Positions 1-9,597 of a stretch of 64,000 nt of DNA are shown here, in pieces. Position 1 is the stretch's first letter; each line of letters starts with the position of its first letter. Source of the stretch: a virus; IMG/VR virus record IMGVR_UViG_3300029362_000002. One strand, given 5' to 3'. Under the pieces are notes generated by a model. It was not told the origin of the DNA, ran no database searches, and saw only the letters and a list, made by a program, of their open reading frames with translations. The position numbers and the translations under genes were made by a program.

Positions 1-2
1 AC

Positions 3-359
3 TACGAGCTGGGAAATGTTAAAAGAGTGCCAGCCGACAAGGTTTTGATAATGGCGGATCTGTACAACGCACCTTGGCTCCTGAGCAATTATTGCAAGAA
101 TGAATGTCCGATCTGCGGATTCCTTCCACTTGCAACGGAAGAGAAAAATATATGCAGCGTGACCGTGAGATTATTAAAAGCTTTGAGAGAAGATGAGCTG
201 GAGAATATGAAAAATCAGCTGCTTGAAATATCCCAGGACGGAAAGATAAGGGACGACGAGGTAGAAGCGGTGAGAAAGATATCTGAATATCTTGACGGCA
301 TCGCAGAGGTAATAAGTGAATTTAAAATAATGAGCGATAAAGCTCTGAAAGGCAAATAG
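3..359 (+). CDS. Hypothetical protein, 5' end cut by the window edge; first residues resemble the end of an XRE-type HTH
   Basis: The reading frame is open from base 3 (YELGNVKRVPADKVLIMADLY...). The ORF-track GTG at 27 is probably internal. Contains a CxxC pair. Confidence 0.45.
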   Translation, partial: YELGNVKRVPADKVLIMADLYNAPWLLSNYCKNECPICGFLPLATEEKNICSVTVRLLKALREDELENMKNQLLEISQDGKIRDDEVEAVRKISEYLDGIAEVISEFKIMSDKALKGK

Positions 360-368
360 GAGGATACG

Positions 369-566
369 ATGAGAAAGGTTAGACGGTTACTGAAGGAAAA
401 TTGGATACCGATTGTAGTTGGTATTCTTCTCACGAAGTGGGCCGTAGATTATGCATATCGAGTGCGGGGTTATGACGCAATAGGGAGTGAATGGTTAGTA
501 TTACCGTTCACCATTTTTATTTTTAACTGGGGAAAAGCTGCGTGGGAAGATTTAAGAGGTGAATAG
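369..566 (+). CDS. Hypothetical small protein with one hydrophobic helix
   Basis: AGGAGGA RBS 6 nt upstream of the ATG; co-oriented and tightly packed with neighbours. Confidence 0.45.
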   Translation: MRKVRRLLKENWIPIVVGILLTKWAVDYAYRVRGYDAIGSEWLVLPFTIFIFNWGKAAWEDLRGE

Positions 567-568
567 GT

Positions 569-799
569 ATGTGTGCAGTATGTAGAAAAAATCCATGTGA
601 CAGCAGATGTCCGAACGCTGAAGAGCCGAAATCTATATATACCTGCGAATGGTGCGAGGAGCCAATTTATGAAGGTGACAAGTATATGGATACTCCAGAA
701 GGCCCGGTTTGTAAAGAATGTATAGAAGGCATGAGTGCAACAGAATTTTGCGAGTTGATTGGAGAATCATTCAAAACAGCAGAGAAGGAGGAAGAATAG
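569..799 (+). CDS. Cys-rich zinc-ribbon-like small protein
   Basis: Several CxxC pairs (CAVC, CEWC, CKEC); tight packing. Confidence 0.5.
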   Translation: MCAVCRKNPCDSRCPNAEEPKSIYTCEWCEEPIYEGDKYMDTPEGPVCKECIEGMSATEFCELIGESFKTAEKEEE

Positions 800-800
800 A

Positions 801-1709
801 ATGGAAGATCAGACAGGAATGCAGCCGGCAGCACCACAAGCGGCACCAGCTGTTCCGGTAGTAAAACAGGTAAAGGAGTTGCTTTCCCAGGACAAAATCA
901 AAGAAAAATTCGGAGAAGTATTAGGGCAGAAAGCTCCTCAGTTTATGGCATCGATCACTAATACAGTATCAGGAAGCGCACAGTTGAAGAAATGCCCTGC
1001 AAATTCAATTATCGGAGCTGCGTTTGTAGCGGCAACATATGACCTTCCGATAGACAGCAACCTTGGATTTGCGGCAATCGTTCCGTATAACGAGAGTGTT
1101 TGGAACCCCAGGAAGAAGGACTGGGAGAAGGTTCCAAAGGCTCAGTTCCAGATGATGTATAAAGGTTTCATTCAGCTGGCAATCCGGTCGGGATATTACG
1201 AGCGAATGAATTATGCAGTTGTATACAAGGACGAGCTGGAATCATATAACCCAATAACAGGCGAGATTAAGTTTGTGGAAGATTTCAGTAATTGCAAGCA
1301 GAGAGATGCTGGAGACGAAGCAAATGTGGCCGGATATTATGCCTGGTTTAGATTAAAGACTGGTTACAGCCAGGAGCTGTATATGTCGAAGAAAGCAGTG
1401 GATAATCATGCAAGAAAGTATTCCCAGGCGTACAGATATGATTTGAACAAAGGCAAGAAATCAAGTAAGTGGACCACAGATTTCGAGGCAATGGCACTGA
1501 AAACAGTCATTAAGCTGCTTCTTAGCAAGTGGGGAATTTTATCGGTGGATATGCAGAGAGCCATACAGGACGATCAGAAGACGTATGACGAAGAAGGAAA
1601 TGGAACCTACGGCGATAACAAGCCGGATTCAGTTCCGGAATTGGAAGCGCAAGATCCGTTCGAGGTAGTAGAGGAAGAGCCAGAAGATGTAGATATCGAT
1701 GCAATGTAG
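801..1709 (+). CDS. recT: RecT-family single-strand annealing recombinase
   Basis: RecT-like blocks (GAAFVAATYDLPID, GFAAIVPY, QFQMMYKGFIQLAIRSGYY). The ATG at 801 follows a GAAGGAGGAAG RBS; the ORF-track start at 759 overlaps the upstream gene. Confidence 0.8.
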   Translation: MEDQTGMQPAAPQAAPAVPVVKQVKELLSQDKIKEKFGEVLGQKAPQFMASITNTVSGSAQLKKCPANSIIGAAFVAATYDLPIDSNLGFAAIVPYNESVWNPRKKDWEKVPKAQFQMMYKGFIQLAIRSGYYERMNYAVVYKDELESYNPITGEIKFVEDFSNCKQRDAGDEANVAGYYAWFRLKTGYSQELYMSKKAVDNHARKYSQAYRYDLNKGKKSSKWTTDFEAMALKTVIKLLLSKWGILSVDMQRAIQDDQKTYDEEGNGTYGDNKPDSVPELEAQDPFEVVEEEPEDVDIDAM

Positions 1710-1721
1710 GAGGGATGACAC

Positions 1722-2519
1722 ATGGTTTTGACGGCAGAGAATTATTATAGCCAGGAAGCGAATGAAGAATATATGAGCGTGTCGCAGTTCAAGGATTTCT
1801 GCGGTACATATGGTAAAATGCCTTGCGAATTTACTGCAATGGAAAAGCTGAAGGGAAGATGGGAAGAACCGAAATCGAAGGCCCTCATGGTTGGAAGCTA
1901 TGTAGATTCCTACTTTGAGGGAACACTTGATAAATTCAAGGCAGAGAATCCGGATCTTTTCAAGAGAGACGGAACGCTGAAAGCTGAGTTTGTGAAGGCA
2001 GATGAAATTATCCAGAGAATCGAGAGAGACGATTATTTTATGAAATTCATGTCCGGCAAGAAGCAGGTAATTATGACGGGAGAGCTGTTCGGAACAAAGT
2101 GGAAGGTTAAGATGGACAGCTACATCCCGGACATTGCGATTGTTGATTTAAAGGTTATGGCATCGATCACAAAGCTGGAATGGGTAAGAGATATTGGGTA
2201 TCTGGATTTTGTGCGGTACTGGGGATATGACATACAGGGTGCAATTTACCAGGAAATCGTCCGCCAGAACACCGGAAAGAAGTTACCGTTTTATATTGCT
2301 GGAGCCACTAAGGAAAGCGAACCGGATATTCGAATCATTCATATCACAGACAATTATCTGGCCGAGGCACTGAATCTGGTAGAAATGAATATGGCAAGAG
2401 TCCTGGCAGTGAAGTCAGGGGATGCAGAGCCGGATCGGTGCGAATTGTGTGATTGCTGCAGGAAGACGAGAGTTCTGAAAGCCCCTATCTCTATTACGGA
2501 TTTGACGGCAGGTATCTGA
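1722..2519 (+). CDS. PD-(D/E)XK (Cas4/RecB-like) exonuclease partner of RecT
   Basis: IVDLKV ... YDIQGAIYQ core and a C-terminal Cys cluster (CELCDCC); lies immediately after recT. Confidence 0.7.
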   Translation: MVLTAENYYSQEANEEYMSVSQFKDFCGTYGKMPCEFTAMEKLKGRWEEPKSKALMVGSYVDSYFEGTLDKFKAENPDLFKRDGTLKAEFVKADEIIQRIERDDYFMKFMSGKKQVIMTGELFGTKWKVKMDSYIPDIAIVDLKVMASITKLEWVRDIGYLDFVRYWGYDIQGAIYQEIVRQNTGKKLPFYIAGATKESEPDIRIIHITDNYLAEALNLVEMNMARVLAVKSGDAEPDRCELCDCCRKTRVLKAPISITDLTAGI

Positions 2520-2520
2520 T

Positions 2521-3300
2521 ATGGCCGAAAAGAAGTATTATTGGCTGAAAATGACGGATCAGTTCTTCGAGGATAAGGCAATAAAGAAGCTGAGAAAGAT
2601 AGCAGGGGGCGATACCTACACAATCATCTATCTGAAAATGCTGCTGACGGCAATTAAACAGGGAAACAAAATGTATTTTGAAGGAATCGAAGATGATTTC
2701 ATGGAAGAGTTGGCGTTGGAACTGGATGAAGATACAGATAACGTGAAGGTAACAGTAAGCTATCTGAAAAGTAAGGGCCTGATAGAAGTTCTTGGAGCAG
2801 ACGAAATATTGCTGACGCAATGCGCTGAGATGGTTGGATCAGAAACGGATGCTGCAAGGAGAAAAAGATTGCAGAGAGACCGGGAACGGAATCGAGCAAT
2901 AGGATCAGATCCGGTGCCTGCCTTGGAAGAAAAGTCAGAGGTTGTGGTAGAAGAAAAACCGGCCAAGAAAAAAGCAGAGAATACGATCCAATTATTTCAT
3001 CGTTTAGTTGAAGATTACAATATTTCTGAGCCTGTCCGAGAAAAGATGGAAGTTTGGTTCCGATACAAGATGGAGCGAAAGGAATCATACAAGGAGCAGG
3101 GAATGAAATCATTGCTCAAGAAGACCGAGAACAATGAAGGAAGCTATGGAGCAAATGAAATCTGCAATCTGATCGAAGACTGCATGGCGAATAACTGGAA
3201 AGGAATTATCTGGAAAATCCTAGAGGAAAGAAAGCAGCAGCGACCGGCAACAAGAACTGAGCAGATACAACAGAGGGTTAGCGAGGTAGATAGCTGGTAA
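2521..3300 (+). CDS. Phage replisome organizer / DnaD-like replication initiation protein
   Basis: N-terminus YYWLKMTDQFFEDKAIKKL...GDTYTIIYLKMLL matches the phage replisome-organizer N-terminal pattern. Confidence 0.7.
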   Translation: MAEKKYYWLKMTDQFFEDKAIKKLRKIAGGDTYTIIYLKMLLTAIKQGNKMYFEGIEDDFMEELALELDEDTDNVKVTVSYLKSKGLIEVLGADEILLTQCAEMVGSETDAARRKRLQRDRERNRAIGSDPVPALEEKSEVVVEEKPAKKKAENTIQLFHRLVEDYNISEPVREKMEVWFRYKMERKESYKEQGMKSLLKKTENNEGSYGANEICNLIEDCMANNWKGIIWKILEERKQQRPATRTEQIQQRVSEVDSW

Positions 3301-3953
3301 TGGAAAGAGAACAGTTCAAAGTTTTGGTGAAGGCCATGAAGGCTGTATACGCCCAGCCAACCTTCATTCCGGATCAGGATGCGTTCAATGTATGGTTCGC
3401 ATTGTTGGGAGATCTGCCATATAAACAGGCAGAGCTGGCAGTTCAAAAGCATATGGCAACTGAGAAATTCCCACCGACAATAGCAGATATAAGGGAAAAG
3501 GCAGAGCAGATCACCTCTGTAAAAGAAACGGAAATGAGTGAGCTGGAAGCCTGGGCGATTGTGCGAAAAGCAATCGGAAGATCAAATTATTATGCAGAAG
3601 AGGAATTTGAGAAATTGCCAGAAGCCTGCAAGATGGCAGTAGGAAATCCAAGCAACTTAAGAGAATGGGCGATGATGGATTCAGACCAGGTCGGAACCGT
3701 AGAGCAATCTCATTTTGTGAGAAATTATCGGACTGCAATGCAGAGAATCAAAGAAGACCGAAGAATGCCAGAAAAGGTCAGGACAGCAATAGAAGAGGTC
3801 AAAAAACAGCAGATGCAGATTGAAGACAGACAGGAGAAACCTAAGTTGCCAGTCCAGGAAGAAAAAGAGGACGAGACACAAGGCGAAATGTCAGAAGAAA
3901 CCAGGAGAAAACTGGAGGAATTGCGAGGAAAGATAGGAAGTAGAAGGAGGTAG
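3300..3953 (+). CDS. Putative replicative helicase loader (G40P-loader/inhibitor-like)
   Basis: N-terminal FKVLVKAMKAVY...FNVWFALLGDLPY...FPPTIADIRE pattern; follows the replisome organizer with an ATGA-type overlap. Confidence 0.55.
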   Translation: MEREQFKVLVKAMKAVYAQPTFIPDQDAFNVWFALLGDLPYKQAELAVQKHMATEKFPPTIADIREKAEQITSVKETEMSELEAWAIVRKAIGRSNYYAEEEFEKLPEACKMAVGNPSNLREWAMMDSDQVGTVEQSHFVRNYRTAMQRIKEDRRMPEKVRTAIEEVKKQQMQIEDRQEKPKLPVQEEKEDETQGEMSEETRRKLEELRGKIGSRRR

Positions 3954-3957
3954 GACA

Positions 3958-4146
3958 ATGGCTTTTAAGAAAGTGGCAGAAATCAGCATTGATAAATTAG
4001 AGGACAGAAAAACTGTAACAGCGATCTTACACGCAAACGGATATACAGTTGGGCCAGGAAAGCGAAAGAAGACACCTACAGGGAAACAGCTGGACTATTA
4101 TCTGAAAGTTTACAAGGAAGTTGAGGAGGACGGAAAGGATGAATAA
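3958..4146 (+). CDS. Hypothetical small protein
   Basis: GGAGG RBS upstream; tight packing. Confidence 0.4.
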   Translation: MAFKKVAEISIDKLEDRKTVTAILHANGYTVGPGKRKKTPTGKQLDYYLKVYKEVEEDGKDE

Positions 4147-4627
4147 TCCAGAGGCGTTCAAGGAGGATGAAGTGCGAAGCATAAAATTCGTTGTTCCAGG
4201 CCTGCCGTTTGGTAAGCAGAGGCCAAAAGTGACAGTCAGGAAGTTTACTGGCAGTGACGGCAAGGAAAAGAAATTTGCAAAGGCTTATACGCCGGAAAAA
4301 ACAGTAAACTATGAAAATCTGGTTAAGATGGCATACCAGGAGAAGGCAAAAGGAAAAAAGTTCAAGGACGGTGATATGCTGGATGTTCGTATTATTGCTT
4401 ATTACAATATCCCACCGTCTACCAGTAAGAAAAGAAGAACGATGATGCTGGAGCATAAGATCCGGCCAACTAAGAAGCCAGACTGGGATAACATCGGAAA
4501 GATTGTCTGCGATAGCTTAAATAATATTGCGTATCACGATGATAACCAGGTTGTAGATGCACAGGTAAGAAAGTTCTTCTCGGAGAATCCAAGAGTAGAA
4601 GTGACAATAAGAAAGGTGGAAGGGTAA
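4139..4627 (+). CDS. rusA: RusA-family Holliday junction resolvase
   Basis: PGLPFGKQRPK and PDWDNIGKIVCDSLNNIAYHDDNQVV motifs. The ATG at 4139 lies 8 nt after GAGGAGGA; the ORF-track TTG at 4121 is less likely. Confidence 0.75.
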   Translation: MNNPEAFKEDEVRSIKFVVPGLPFGKQRPKVTVRKFTGSDGKEKKFAKAYTPEKTVNYENLVKMAYQEKAKGKKFKDGDMLDVRIIAYYNIPPSTSKKRRTMMLEHKIRPTKKPDWDNIGKIVCDSLNNIAYHDDNQVVDAQVRKFFSENPRVEVTIRKVEG

Positions 4628-5718
4628 TGGCAGGAGAAGAAAAACAGATAGTAGTAGAGGAAACCACAGTAGTTCCGGGCAAAATGGAGTTTAGATTGAT
4701 TAGCCCGACAGAGAGCAATTTTTTGAAACATATCGAATGGAACAAAGAAGAGCTGCTGGCAGCGGTCAGAAGCAAGGTTGCATTGTATGAAGGAATTGTA
4801 TATACCGAAGAAACGGTTAAAACAGCTAAGAATGATCGAGCAGAGCTGAACAACCTTGTTAAGGCTATTGATGAGCGCAGAAAAAAGGTGAAAGAGGTTA
4901 TCAACCAGCCATACGCAGAATTTGAGAAAGAGCTGAAGGAAATCACCGATCTTATCAAGAAGCAGTCGGCAGAGATTGATGAACAGGTAAAAGCCTTTGA
5001 GACTGCGGAGAAGGAAGAAAAGAGAGCAAAGATTATGGAGGCTTACGAAAAAGCCGTTGGAAATCTTGCAGAAATCTTGCCATTTAGTAAAGTGTTCGAT
5101 CAGCGGTATCTGAATAAGACTTGCAAGCTGGAATCCGCTATCGCAGATGTGCAGAAGAAAATCGAGCAGGTAAAGACTGATCTTGAAACCATTGAAAGCG
5201 TATGCGGAAAGTATAAGCTGAATGCTAAGGATATATATGTCCGTACCATGGATTTATCAAAAGCTATGGCAGAAGAAAAACGTCTGAAAGATCTGGAAGA
5301 AAAGCTGGAAGCAGAACGTATCCAGAAAGAAAAAGCCGCAGAAGAAAGAAGAAAGGCAGAGGAAGCCAGAAAAGCAGAGGCAGAGCGCATCCGTAAGGAA
5401 GAAGAGCAGAAGGAAATCGAGAGACAGAAAAAAGCAGAGGAGGAGCGTATCGCCGCAGAGAAAGCTGAAGCAGAGAAAAAGCAGAGCGTTCCGGAAATGT
5501 CGCAGGATGTTCCGACAGAGCAGGTTACTGTTCCGGAAAAAGAGGAAAATGTTCCGACACAGGAAACAGAACCAGCAGTTGATCCGTTTGCTCAGGCACG
5601 GCCTGTTCCGGAAAAGAAGTGCAGAACTAAGTTCTTCGCAATTGGAACTAGAGATCAGCTGAAGGCATTGGTTGCATACATGAAGGAAAGCGGAATTAAA
5701 TACGGAAAGGTGGAGTAA
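4627..5718 (+). CDS. DUF1351-like phage protein with a long Lys/Glu coiled-coil
   Basis: N-terminal third resembles DUF1351 proteins of Firmicutes phages; the centre is an EEKxKAEE low-complexity region. Confidence 0.55.
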   Translation: MAGEEKQIVVEETTVVPGKMEFRLISPTESNFLKHIEWNKEELLAAVRSKVALYEGIVYTEETVKTAKNDRAELNNLVKAIDERRKKVKEVINQPYAEFEKELKEITDLIKKQSAEIDEQVKAFETAEKEEKRAKIMEAYEKAVGNLAEILPFSKVFDQRYLNKTCKLESAIADVQKKIEQVKTDLETIESVCGKYKLNAKDIYVRTMDLSKAMAEEKRLKDLEEKLEAERIQKEKAAEERRKAEEARKAEAERIRKEEEQKEIERQKKAEEERIAAEKAEAEKKQSVPEMSQDVPTEQVTVPEKEENVPTQETEPAVDPFAQARPVPEKKCRTKFFAIGTRDQLKALVAYMKESGIKYGKVE

Positions 5719-5721
5719 GGA

Positions 5722-6348
5722 ATGGATAAATTTATGAAAGCACTGGATTTTGACAGCGATACACTGGGAAATGTAAAGCGAGATATGAACTTTGTTCTGC
5801 AGAGATTGATCGGAAACATGATGGAGAAAGGGAGTACGAATGGAAGTTTGACATTGAAAATTGATGTCAGTTTCACTCAGGAATATATTCCAAATTATGA
5901 TCCTAAAGTAGAAGGCGAGAGCAGGAAAATCAATAAGCCAAGTTTCAAGCATAAAGTTACATCTACCGTGCAGATCACGGACAAAAAGGACGGCAATATG
6001 GATACAGAAATGGAGCTGGCATTTGATGAAGATAGTGGTGAGTATGTTTTACAGCCGGTAGCCAATACAACGCAGAAGAGTATTTTTGACAGTGATTATA
6101 AAGAAAATCTGAAGCCAGAGAATGAAGAGGAGTCAGAAAAAGAAGAACCGAAGGGAATCCCTCAGTTACCTGGTCCGTCAGAAGTGGAAGACGAAGACGT
6201 AATCGATGCGGAATATACAGAGACAGAGATCGACCAGGAAACAGATGAAGAACCGGAAGAGGATATTACGGACGAAATATTGGGAGATGCAGAAGAACCG
6301 GACGATATGGATGGCTATGATTATGAAGACCCGGAGGATGAAGTATGA
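5722..6348 (+). CDS. Hypothetical protein with a very acidic C-terminal tail
   Basis: Co-oriented and tightly packed; the C-terminal 70 aa are D/E-rich. Confidence 0.5.
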   Translation: MDKFMKALDFDSDTLGNVKRDMNFVLQRLIGNMMEKGSTNGSLTLKIDVSFTQEYIPNYDPKVEGESRKINKPSFKHKVTSTVQITDKKDGNMDTEMELAFDEDSGEYVLQPVANTTQKSIFDSDYKENLKPENEEESEKEEPKGIPQLPGPSEVEDEDVIDAEYTETEIDQETDEEPEEDITDEILGDAEEPDDMDGYDYEDPEDEV

Positions 6349-6656
6349 GAATTAAAGAGAAGAGGATGAAAAGTTTTGTCAGCAGAGCAAACGTCCTTAC
6401 ACAGGCCAAAAAGCAGGCAGAAGCTGCCAAAGTAGTGAACGATGGCCTACAGTATTATTCAAACAATGTGATCAAAGCGATTTCTCCGTATGCTGCAGCT
6501 GATGCAGGGATGATCGTTGTGGTTCTTCGACATCTGGCCGATGAAATGGAATCAAAGAACGTAGGAGCAAAAGAATTTGCCGAGTGGCTGGATGAGCATA
6601 CTAAGAAGCCGCCCCTTACAGAAACACAGGTAGTCAAGAAGCCAAATATGCAGTAG
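6345..6656 (+). CDS. Hypothetical protein
   Basis: 4-nt overlap with the upstream gene. Confidence 0.45.
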   Translation: MRIKEKRMKSFVSRANVLTQAKKQAEAAKVVNDGLQYYSNNVIKAISPYAAADAGMIVVVLRHLADEMESKNVGAKEFAEWLDEHTKKPPLTETQVVKKPNMQ

Positions 6657-6665
6657 GAGGTCAAC

Positions 6666-6953
6666 ATGGAAATAAATGTAATTAGCGGAGCGTTGTATAC
6701 GCAGGACGGCAAGAAAATAGCTGACGTTAAAGATTCTTCTATAATGCTGGTAGATGAGCTATATAAACAGAGAACAATGGAAGTTGCGGAGAATATAGGA
6801 AAAACTCATAGTATCACTTGCCAGTTAGCTCCGTATGATATGCGGATGGTATACAGCCTCATGTACGGAATGAAGATCACAAATAATTTCTTAAAGATGC
6901 ACGGAGGAATTATGGTAAGAAATGCTGCCAGGAGAAAATATAGAAGGAAGTGA
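6666..6953 (+). CDS. Hypothetical protein
   Basis: TAGGAGG RBS upstream. Confidence 0.45.
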   Translation: MEINVISGALYTQDGKKIADVKDSSIMLVDELYKQRTMEVAENIGKTHSITCQLAPYDMRMVYSLMYGMKITNNFLKMHGGIMVRNAARRKYRRK

Positions 6954-6958
6954 GATGA

Positions 6959-7249
6959 ATGTTTTGTGATTTTAGGAAAGCTTTTGGTTTAGATCCTGAG
7001 TACAATAAACAGCTTGAAGAAAGTATGCAGGAAGCGGAGAAGAAAGCATTAAAAGAAAAGTGGTGCTGCACCTGCGAGTATTACATACCGGTTGATCCTA
7101 ACCTTCCTGGATTTGTGGTCGCATATCCAGAGTGCGAAAAAGGCAGAGATCCAATGCAAAGCTGCGAAGAGTACAGAAGGAAAGGGTACGCAATCCGCAA
7201 TAGTTCATGGGCTGATCGGATACGAGAGAGATTTATGAGAAAGGAGTAG
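6959..7249 (+). CDS. Hypothetical Cys-containing protein
   Basis: Tight packing; CCTCEY...CEKG...C pattern. Confidence 0.45.
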   Translation: MFCDFRKAFGLDPEYNKQLEESMQEAEKKALKEKWCCTCEYYIPVDPNLPGFVVAYPECEKGRDPMQSCEEYRRKGYAIRNSSWADRIRERFMRKE

Positions 7250-7251
7250 AG

Positions 7252-7491
7252 ATGGCATTGGTTACTATATGCGTTACGGCGATAGGAACGCTTATAATTG
7301 AGCGTGTTGCCAGAAAAATTTATTCGGAGATCAAGGAAAGATACGAAGCCAGAATAGAAGACCGAAAAAATGGGTTTGCATATGGAAAATATCTGGACAA
7401 TATAGCTTATGCGTATGGAATGAAACGCAAATTTTTTGAGTCAGACAAAGAATTTAGAGCGAGGATCTTGGAACAGATAAGGGGAATATAG
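7252..7491 (+). CDS. Hypothetical protein with an N-terminal hydrophobic helix
   Basis: AAGGAG RBS upstream; tight packing. Confidence 0.45.
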   Translation: MALVTICVTAIGTLIIERVARKIYSEIKERYEARIEDRKNGFAYGKYLDNIAYAYGMKRKFFESDKEFRARILEQIRGI

Positions 7492-7492
7492 G

Positions 7493-7804
7493 ATGGCAAC
7501 GAGATATATTATGACGCATGAAGTGATCCGGCGGGAAGAGGCTAGATTACTGAGAATACTTGAAGAATATCCGGTGAATGGAAGGAAGACCAACACAGGA
7601 ACAATAAAGATGATCCGGAAAGAAATTGGAAATATGACATTCAGAATTGCCAGAAAATGCAATGTGAGTGTGAATTATCCTAAATGGAGCATCCAAGGAA
7701 AGAAAGTGGTGCTGGGAGAACCTTCGATCCTGCTTCCGACATTGAGATATGTGAGCTTTGAGGAACTGAAGGCAATAGAATTAGGCTACGAAGGAGGTGC
7801 GTAA
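7493..7804 (+). CDS. Hypothetical protein
   Basis: Tight packing. Confidence 0.45.
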   Translation: MATRYIMTHEVIRREEARLLRILEEYPVNGRKTNTGTIKMIRKEIGNMTFRIARKCNVSVNYPKWSIQGKKVVLGEPSILLPTLRYVSFEELKAIELGYEGGA

Positions 7805-8052
7805 TGATACCGAGATGCAAGGAGTGCCAACATTGCGAGTTGCGCAATCGGGCAGAGAGCAAGTTTACTGGCGGATATGGATACGGAAGAGGATATTTCT
7901 TCTGCGAAAATCAAGAAACAAAGAGGTTGCCGAGAGAAGCTTTTGGAAATCAGATGCCGAGTTTTATAGGATTCGGCACACCAGAATACGAAACGAAGCT
8001 GACGGTGAAGACAAGCCCAAGATGGTGTCCAAGGAGGAAGAAAAAAGAATGA
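7804..8052 (+). CDS. Cys-rich small protein
   Basis: Start overlaps the upstream stop (TAATG); CKECQHC ... C ... WCP pattern. Confidence 0.5.
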   Translation: MIPRCKECQHCELRNRAESKFTGGYGYGRGYFFCENQETKRLPREAFGNQMPSFIGFGTPEYETKLTVKTSPRWCPRRKKKE

Positions 8053-8303
8053 AGCAGGATAGTGCAGGACAATTCAGCCAATGCAATAGATGCGGGGCAA
8101 GAATTATGTGGGTGAAAACAAAGGCAGGAAAGAATATGCCGGTAGATCCCCAGTTTGTAGATTTCAAGAAGATTAAGGGCGGTAAGGAAAGATTGGTACT
8201 TCCTAATGGAGAAGTTGTGGCCGGAGAAAGATGCAAGGCGAAAGAAGCGGATGGCTACGGTTACATTTCTCATTTTGCGACCTGCCCTGGTTACAGGAGG
8301 TAG
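8049..8303 (+). CDS. Zinc-ribbon small protein
   Basis: ATGA overlap with the upstream gene. CNRC ... C pattern. This is the in-frame C-terminal part of ORF-track 7797..8303. Confidence 0.5.
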   Translation: MKQDSAGQFSQCNRCGARIMWVKTKAGKNMPVDPQFVDFKKIKGGKERLVLPNGEVVAGERCKAKEADGYGYISHFATCPGYRR

Positions 8304-8306
8304 AGG

Positions 8307-8549
8307 ATGTTACATGAGCTGAAGACATATCCAAAATATTTCCAGGAAACAATCGAAGGCAATAAGCCATTTGAAATCCGGAAGAATGATCGCAATTTCC
8401 AGGTTGGAGATGTGCTGCTTCTGAAAGAGTGGGACAACATCAAATATACTGGAAGAGAAGTCGGTGCGATGGTCAGATATATTTTGGATGATAAGTTCAT
8501 AGGGTTGGCAGAAGGTTATGTTGCCTTGGGACTGCAGATCCTGACATAA
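8307..8549 (+). CDS. DUF3850 / ASCH-like (PUA-fold) protein
   Basis: HELKTYPKYFQETIEGNKPFEIRKNDRNFQVGD matches the DUF3850 signature as I recall it. Confidence 0.6.
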   Translation: MLHELKTYPKYFQETIEGNKPFEIRKNDRNFQVGDVLLLKEWDNIKYTGREVGAMVRYILDDKFIGLAEGYVALGLQILT

Positions 8550-8639
8550 AAGAAAAGGCCGCCTCCCTGACGAAAGACGACCACACACGATACCGGAATT
8601 ATAACCCGGAAAGATGGAAAAAGTCAAGGAGGTGGCAGC

Positions 8640-9356
8640 ATGACTGTAGAAGAAAATGTAAAAGAAAATACGCCGAAGGCTGAGGGTGAAGCACAGGGAG
8701 TGAAATACATTTCCCTGACTGAAGAAGAATTGGAAAGGCTCATAAAGGCCGCAGGCCGGGAGGGAGCCAAGAAAGGAGTAGAAGCCTACGAGAGAAGAAA
8801 AGAGAAAGACAAAGAGGAACTGGCAGATAAGGTAAAGAACAGTGCCAAAACGATCATCATTCATTACCGGCAGCTAAAGAAAATGAAGAATACATCGGTA
8901 ACAGGGACAGACACGGTGACAGATCCTACGCTAAAAGAAATCCTGGACGGAATCCTGGAGCAGGTAAGGAAAGAGGAATTTAATCTTACCAGCACGAATA
9001 AGAACCGGATAGTGACCGGAATGCTTCTGAACCATGTAGATGTGCAGCTGGAGAATTACAAGAAGGAATGTAGAAAGTCAAAGATCCAGGATATTCAGCG
9101 GAGATACCGGGTAGTGGAAAGAATGTTCCTGCAGGCGGAGCCGGTGCGGGCAGAAGATGTGGCCGAAGAGGAGCAGATTGATAAAAGTACAGTGTACCGC
9201 ACGTTGGAAAAGGCATACGATGATCTGGCAGTTTTATTCTTTGGGATAGAAGGAGTAAAAAGTATAGAGGTGAACCGGAAACCAAAGAAATCCGGTAAGA
9301 AGACTATGCGAAATGCAGATACGAGAAATCTCGCAAATGCGAAAAAGGCGCACTAG
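8640..9356 (+). CDS. Putative phage transcriptional regulator (C-terminal sigma-70 region-4-like HTH); candidate late-gene activator
   Basis: C-terminal segment AEDVAEEEQIDKSTVYRTLEKAYDDLAVLF looks like a region-4 HTH; lies upstream of the packaging module. Confidence 0.4.
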   Translation: MTVEENVKENTPKAEGEAQGVKYISLTEEELERLIKAAGREGAKKGVEAYERRKEKDKEELADKVKNSAKTIIIHYRQLKKMKNTSVTGTDTVTDPTLKEILDGILEQVRKEEFNLTSTNKNRIVTGMLLNHVDVQLENYKKECRKSKIQDIQRRYRVVERMFLQAEPVRAEDVAEEEQIDKSTVYRTLEKAYDDLAVLFFGIEGVKSIEVNRKPKKSGKKTMRNADTRNLANAKKAH

Positions 9357-9597
9357 ACAAGCGAAGGGCAAAGTGGTATTCTGATAAAAGCCCGATAAGC
9401 TATGTGTCACCCCTAAAAAAGGCATTGTTTTTCTTCTGTGAAGGCAGAGTGGGTAGGCAGAAATGCCGCCCACTCAAAACTCCAGAATTATGAAAAATCG
9501 GTTAAAAAAGGGTAATAAAGTGTACTTAGATCAGCTCGCATAGTATAATTAAATTGTAGATAATACGCATTAGCGAGAATAAAGGAGTGACAAAGCT

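Noticed and set aside
5257-5952. Long minus-strand ORFs inside + strand genes (5257..5952, 8310..8864, 25598..26125, 29880..30545, 43755..44282, 50417..50968, 51834..52406, 54182..54871)
   Set aside because: All are antisense to co-oriented, RBS-preceded genes with recognisable products or tight operon packing. Their compositions are Ser/Leu/Phe-rich, as expected for the reverse frames of Lys/Glu-rich genes.
7797-8048. N-terminal part of ORF-track 7797..8303
   Set aside because: It overlaps the better-supported 7804..8052 ORF out of frame. Only the part from the ATG at 8049 is retained.
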